Below are positions 60,879 through 64,000 of a stretch of 64,000 nucleotides of DNA, piece after piece; positions within the stretch are counted from its first letter, which is position 1; the number at the start of each line of letters is the position of its first letter. Source of the DNA: Carcharhinus amblyrhynchos (lineage: Eukaryota); contig OZ336883.1 in NCBI GenBank assembly GCA_965287045.1, positions 39,122,001-39,186,000 of the forward strand, written 5' to 3'. The translations under genes and the position numbers were made by a program. A model generated the notes under the pieces. That model was given only the letters and a program-made list of their open reading frames with translations, was not told the origin of the DNA and did not search any database.

Positions 60879-63800
60879 CTTCCCAGACAGCAGCCTATTC
60901 TTTGGACGGTTATAGTTATCATCAATACTTTTAGAGTTTTTGAGTTTTAGATGCTAATGTGTTACAGCACAGTAGATATTCCATTCATCTGAGAATGACA
61001 GTATCAAGAATGTATAATAGCAGATCGTCCCTTTGATCTGGTTTGTTCTGTTGACGCAATCTAATATCATTACAAATAATAAAATTTTTAAAAATCACTT
61101 GGCAGAATGCATTTTTTTTAGTAGCAATGAAAGGAAGGCTTTACTAGAAGGTGAGAGATGTTTTTCCCCAGGAATGTAAACTATTCTCTATTGATATTGC
61201 ATGAAAACTGAAGACTTTACACAGTAGATGGGTAAGTGACTGTATAGGATACATTGGGGCACAGAGGTGGCATAGTTGATCTGAGGGGTGCAGAGGATAC
61301 ATTTGGGCATAGGGATGACATGGGCAATCTGAAGGGTCCTGGGCTGTACTGGTGGATAGAGGGTGAGAGAGGTGACGAATGAGATTTATGGTGTTTTTAA
61401 TACTGTTGGAAATTGAGATGTTGTATTGGAGAACAAACATGGTCCCGCCTCTACATGCACACTTCTTACATATTCCAGCACAGCTTGCAAACCACTCTCA
61501 AACCCAAAATCAGTGTGAAACGATGTAAAGTCACACACGTGCACGAGTATGCAGCTTGTGAGCTGTGAAAGTCCATAGGTTGGGATTTCCTGAGCCCAGT
61601 AATCTTATTAAATGAATGTTGAAGGGGACGCTACATCTGGGATCTTGGAGGAAAGGAATTGTGGTGAAAAGAGAATGAAAATCCTAGGAAGGAGAATGAA
61701 CATTGCAATGGTTTTTGAAGTGGAAGAATTTATTTCCTTTATTGCTTTTTTAAATTTAAAATCTGAGTTGTTAAGTAATAAATCTATTCACCATTTTTAA
61801 AGTAAAATGTTTCCCACAATGCATAAAGTGAATTGGAGTGAGGTAGTATTGGGAATTGGGCATGTCCAATCTCACAAGAATCTTTGCAATATTGTTTGGA
61901 GGCTAGGAATTCAAAACTTTTCACCAACTCCGCAGAATTGACCCTTGTGTTTTGATTCTGCAGAATTTTTTTTGGGATCAATCTTCCTTTAATAATTCTA
62001 AAAAAAATCTATAGCAAGATGATAGGACTAGTGGGATGAATCGGCCTAAAAATTCAAGTCGTAACCCTTAACATGCTAGCTCTTAACTTACCTCACGTCC
62101 TGCTTGCTGTTTTCCATCTGCCTTCTCGACCCTCCCACTCACTGCCTGCCCCCCACCCAAGACAGGCAGGGCAACTGGGTAGGCAGGTGAAGGGTCAGTG
62201 GGCAGAGGGTCAACAAGCCCACTACAGCAAAGACAAGGGCTGACCTTGATTTGGGCTCCAGGAGCTGACTTGGGTGAATTTCATTTGGTAATTCCATTTG
62301 ATTAATCATGTCATGCTTGGCTGTCGGTTGTTAATTTCTTTTTGTGAGGGAGTTTACCAGTTCTTTTCTCAGGAGCTGGAGTGGCAGCAAATCTCACTTA
62401 ATCAGCAGGCATGCAGCAAGGGAGGCACCGCATGATCTGTTCTTAGTCCTCCCTGACAAGAGGCTTTCATATTAGAAGTTAATGGGGAGTTCAGGTCATC
62501 ATCGGGACAATAAGAAGTGGGATAATGAGAAATGGTGTCTTAAGTATTAACCTCTGCAGAATGAAGTGTTGGAGGAAGTTTAGGGTGTGGAGGAGTAAAT
62601 AACAGTAGTCAGGTGCTTTTATCTCCTGCTGATTACCACCTCTGCTGATGATTCAGTACTCCATATTAAACATCAGTTGGAGGAAACACTGGCAAGTGAG
62701 GGCTTTTAATGCCCATTGCCAAGACTGGTTTGGTAGCACCACTACAGACCAAGCTGTAATAGATTATCTATCACAGTAAAAGTCTTAGAGCTCACAATCT
62801 TGTTGTTTTGATTCTTCCGCTCAGCCACTAGAAATCTGATTATCTTAAAAGTTTTTGGTCTCTACAGGGGTCGTAATAACAGACATGGACTGCTTCAGTA
62901 TCTAAGGAGTATCTGCAATTGGCACTGAACACTGTGCAGCCATAAATGTGAAAGTTCCAATTTCTGGCTGGCTAGGAGCTTCATTTTAGCGAGATGGCCT
63001 TTTAATGACATGTTAATGTATGCAAAAGAATTCTGACGTTAGTTGTTGGGAAACTTTACCAGCCCAAGAACAGAATTCCTCCAGTTCGTTGAGATTCATC
63101 GTTGAGAAGCTGGTTTGTGGCCCAACAGCAAATTAATTACCTTGTCTCTCACCATTGGCTACACCAGAAGATCCTGCCCAGCAACCCCTCCAATAATTAA
63201 ACAATCGAGAAACATTTTATTCAGAACTACGATGTGAATTTTTTTTAACTACTGGATGAATATTAAATCTATTTGCCATGTATAAAGTACTAATCTCCAG
63301 ATGTCTGACTTTGTTACAGATACAAAAAAAAGAGAAGACAAGCCTTTCATTAATTTTGGAAGCTGAACTGTACTAATGGCCTGACCGGTTGAAATGGAAT
63401 TTCATCATCTGGATTCTCATACGGGCTGGACAAACAGTGGTTTAAACTGGAACAGCTCCAGTTAGTAGCCGACCACCACAATGCGGCCCTGGACTCCAGA
63501 TTGCCACAGCACACGAGTTATATTAATCTTCCTTATTTTCCTTCCTTTTTTTCAGATCCAGCTGTTACCATTTACCATTAGTCTGACCTGGCTCTCTAAC
63601 CTCTGTCTCTGCTGCAGTGTAACACGGAGAGAAAGATCAGGCTGACGCATACATTGATCCTCACCGGGCACTGGAGAAGCTTTTTTTTAAAGCTTGGTTT
63701 TTTTCCCGATGGCAGCCAGGCTAAAGCAGAAACTTTGTGGGGGTAGTTTTGACTTTGGGTGATATCGAGTTAGCTGTCTGTTATACACCTCCCCTAATTT

Positions 63801-64000
63801 TAATTTCCATTTACCTCCATTATCGCAATCTGTCTGAGATTGGGGAAAATGTATTACTCCCAATGATAAGAATTTTGCAGGAACGCATCGATAGCGCTTC
63901 TCCTGCAGCGCAGTCAATTGTTGCCGCTGCCTTGTTCTGAACACTGGAACAGCCACATTTATTCACGCCAATATCTACTAAAATAAGCAGACACATGTGA

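Noticed and set aside
61240-61350. Two imperfect ~48-bp tandem units
   Set aside because: Short and degenerate, probably part of an old repeat; no supportable function.

Overview
Vertebrate nuclear DNA, most likely a cartilaginous fish (shark-type tRNA-derived SINEs and CR1 LINEs; inference). The + strand carries the 3' half of kinectin (KTN1): 20 GT-AG coding exons from 5636 to the stop at 36650 (517 aa in this window, coiled-coil), followed by a 3' UTR to ~37.6 kb. The rest is repeat-rich intron and downstream intergenic DNA: many decayed CR1 LINEs, a Rex1/Babar-like LINE, RTE fragments, HE1-like SINEs, a hAT transposase remnant and a deleted Gypsy LTR element. Most notable non-genic structures: (1) a perfect 186-bp palindrome with a minimal hammerhead-ribozyme motif on each strand, a short tail and a 12-bp target-site duplication (Penelope-like or retrozyme-like, 48507-48751); (2) a ~410-bp intronic inverted duplication around a 36-bp C/T minisatellite (6502-7915); (3) a duplicated splice acceptor followed directly by an in-frame stop codon (23264-23582); (4) an RRBP1-like C-terminal exon (KEGASV*). 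Most ORFs in the supplied track are repeat-derived or spurious. Repeat boundaries are approximate and family names are from recognition, not database searches.
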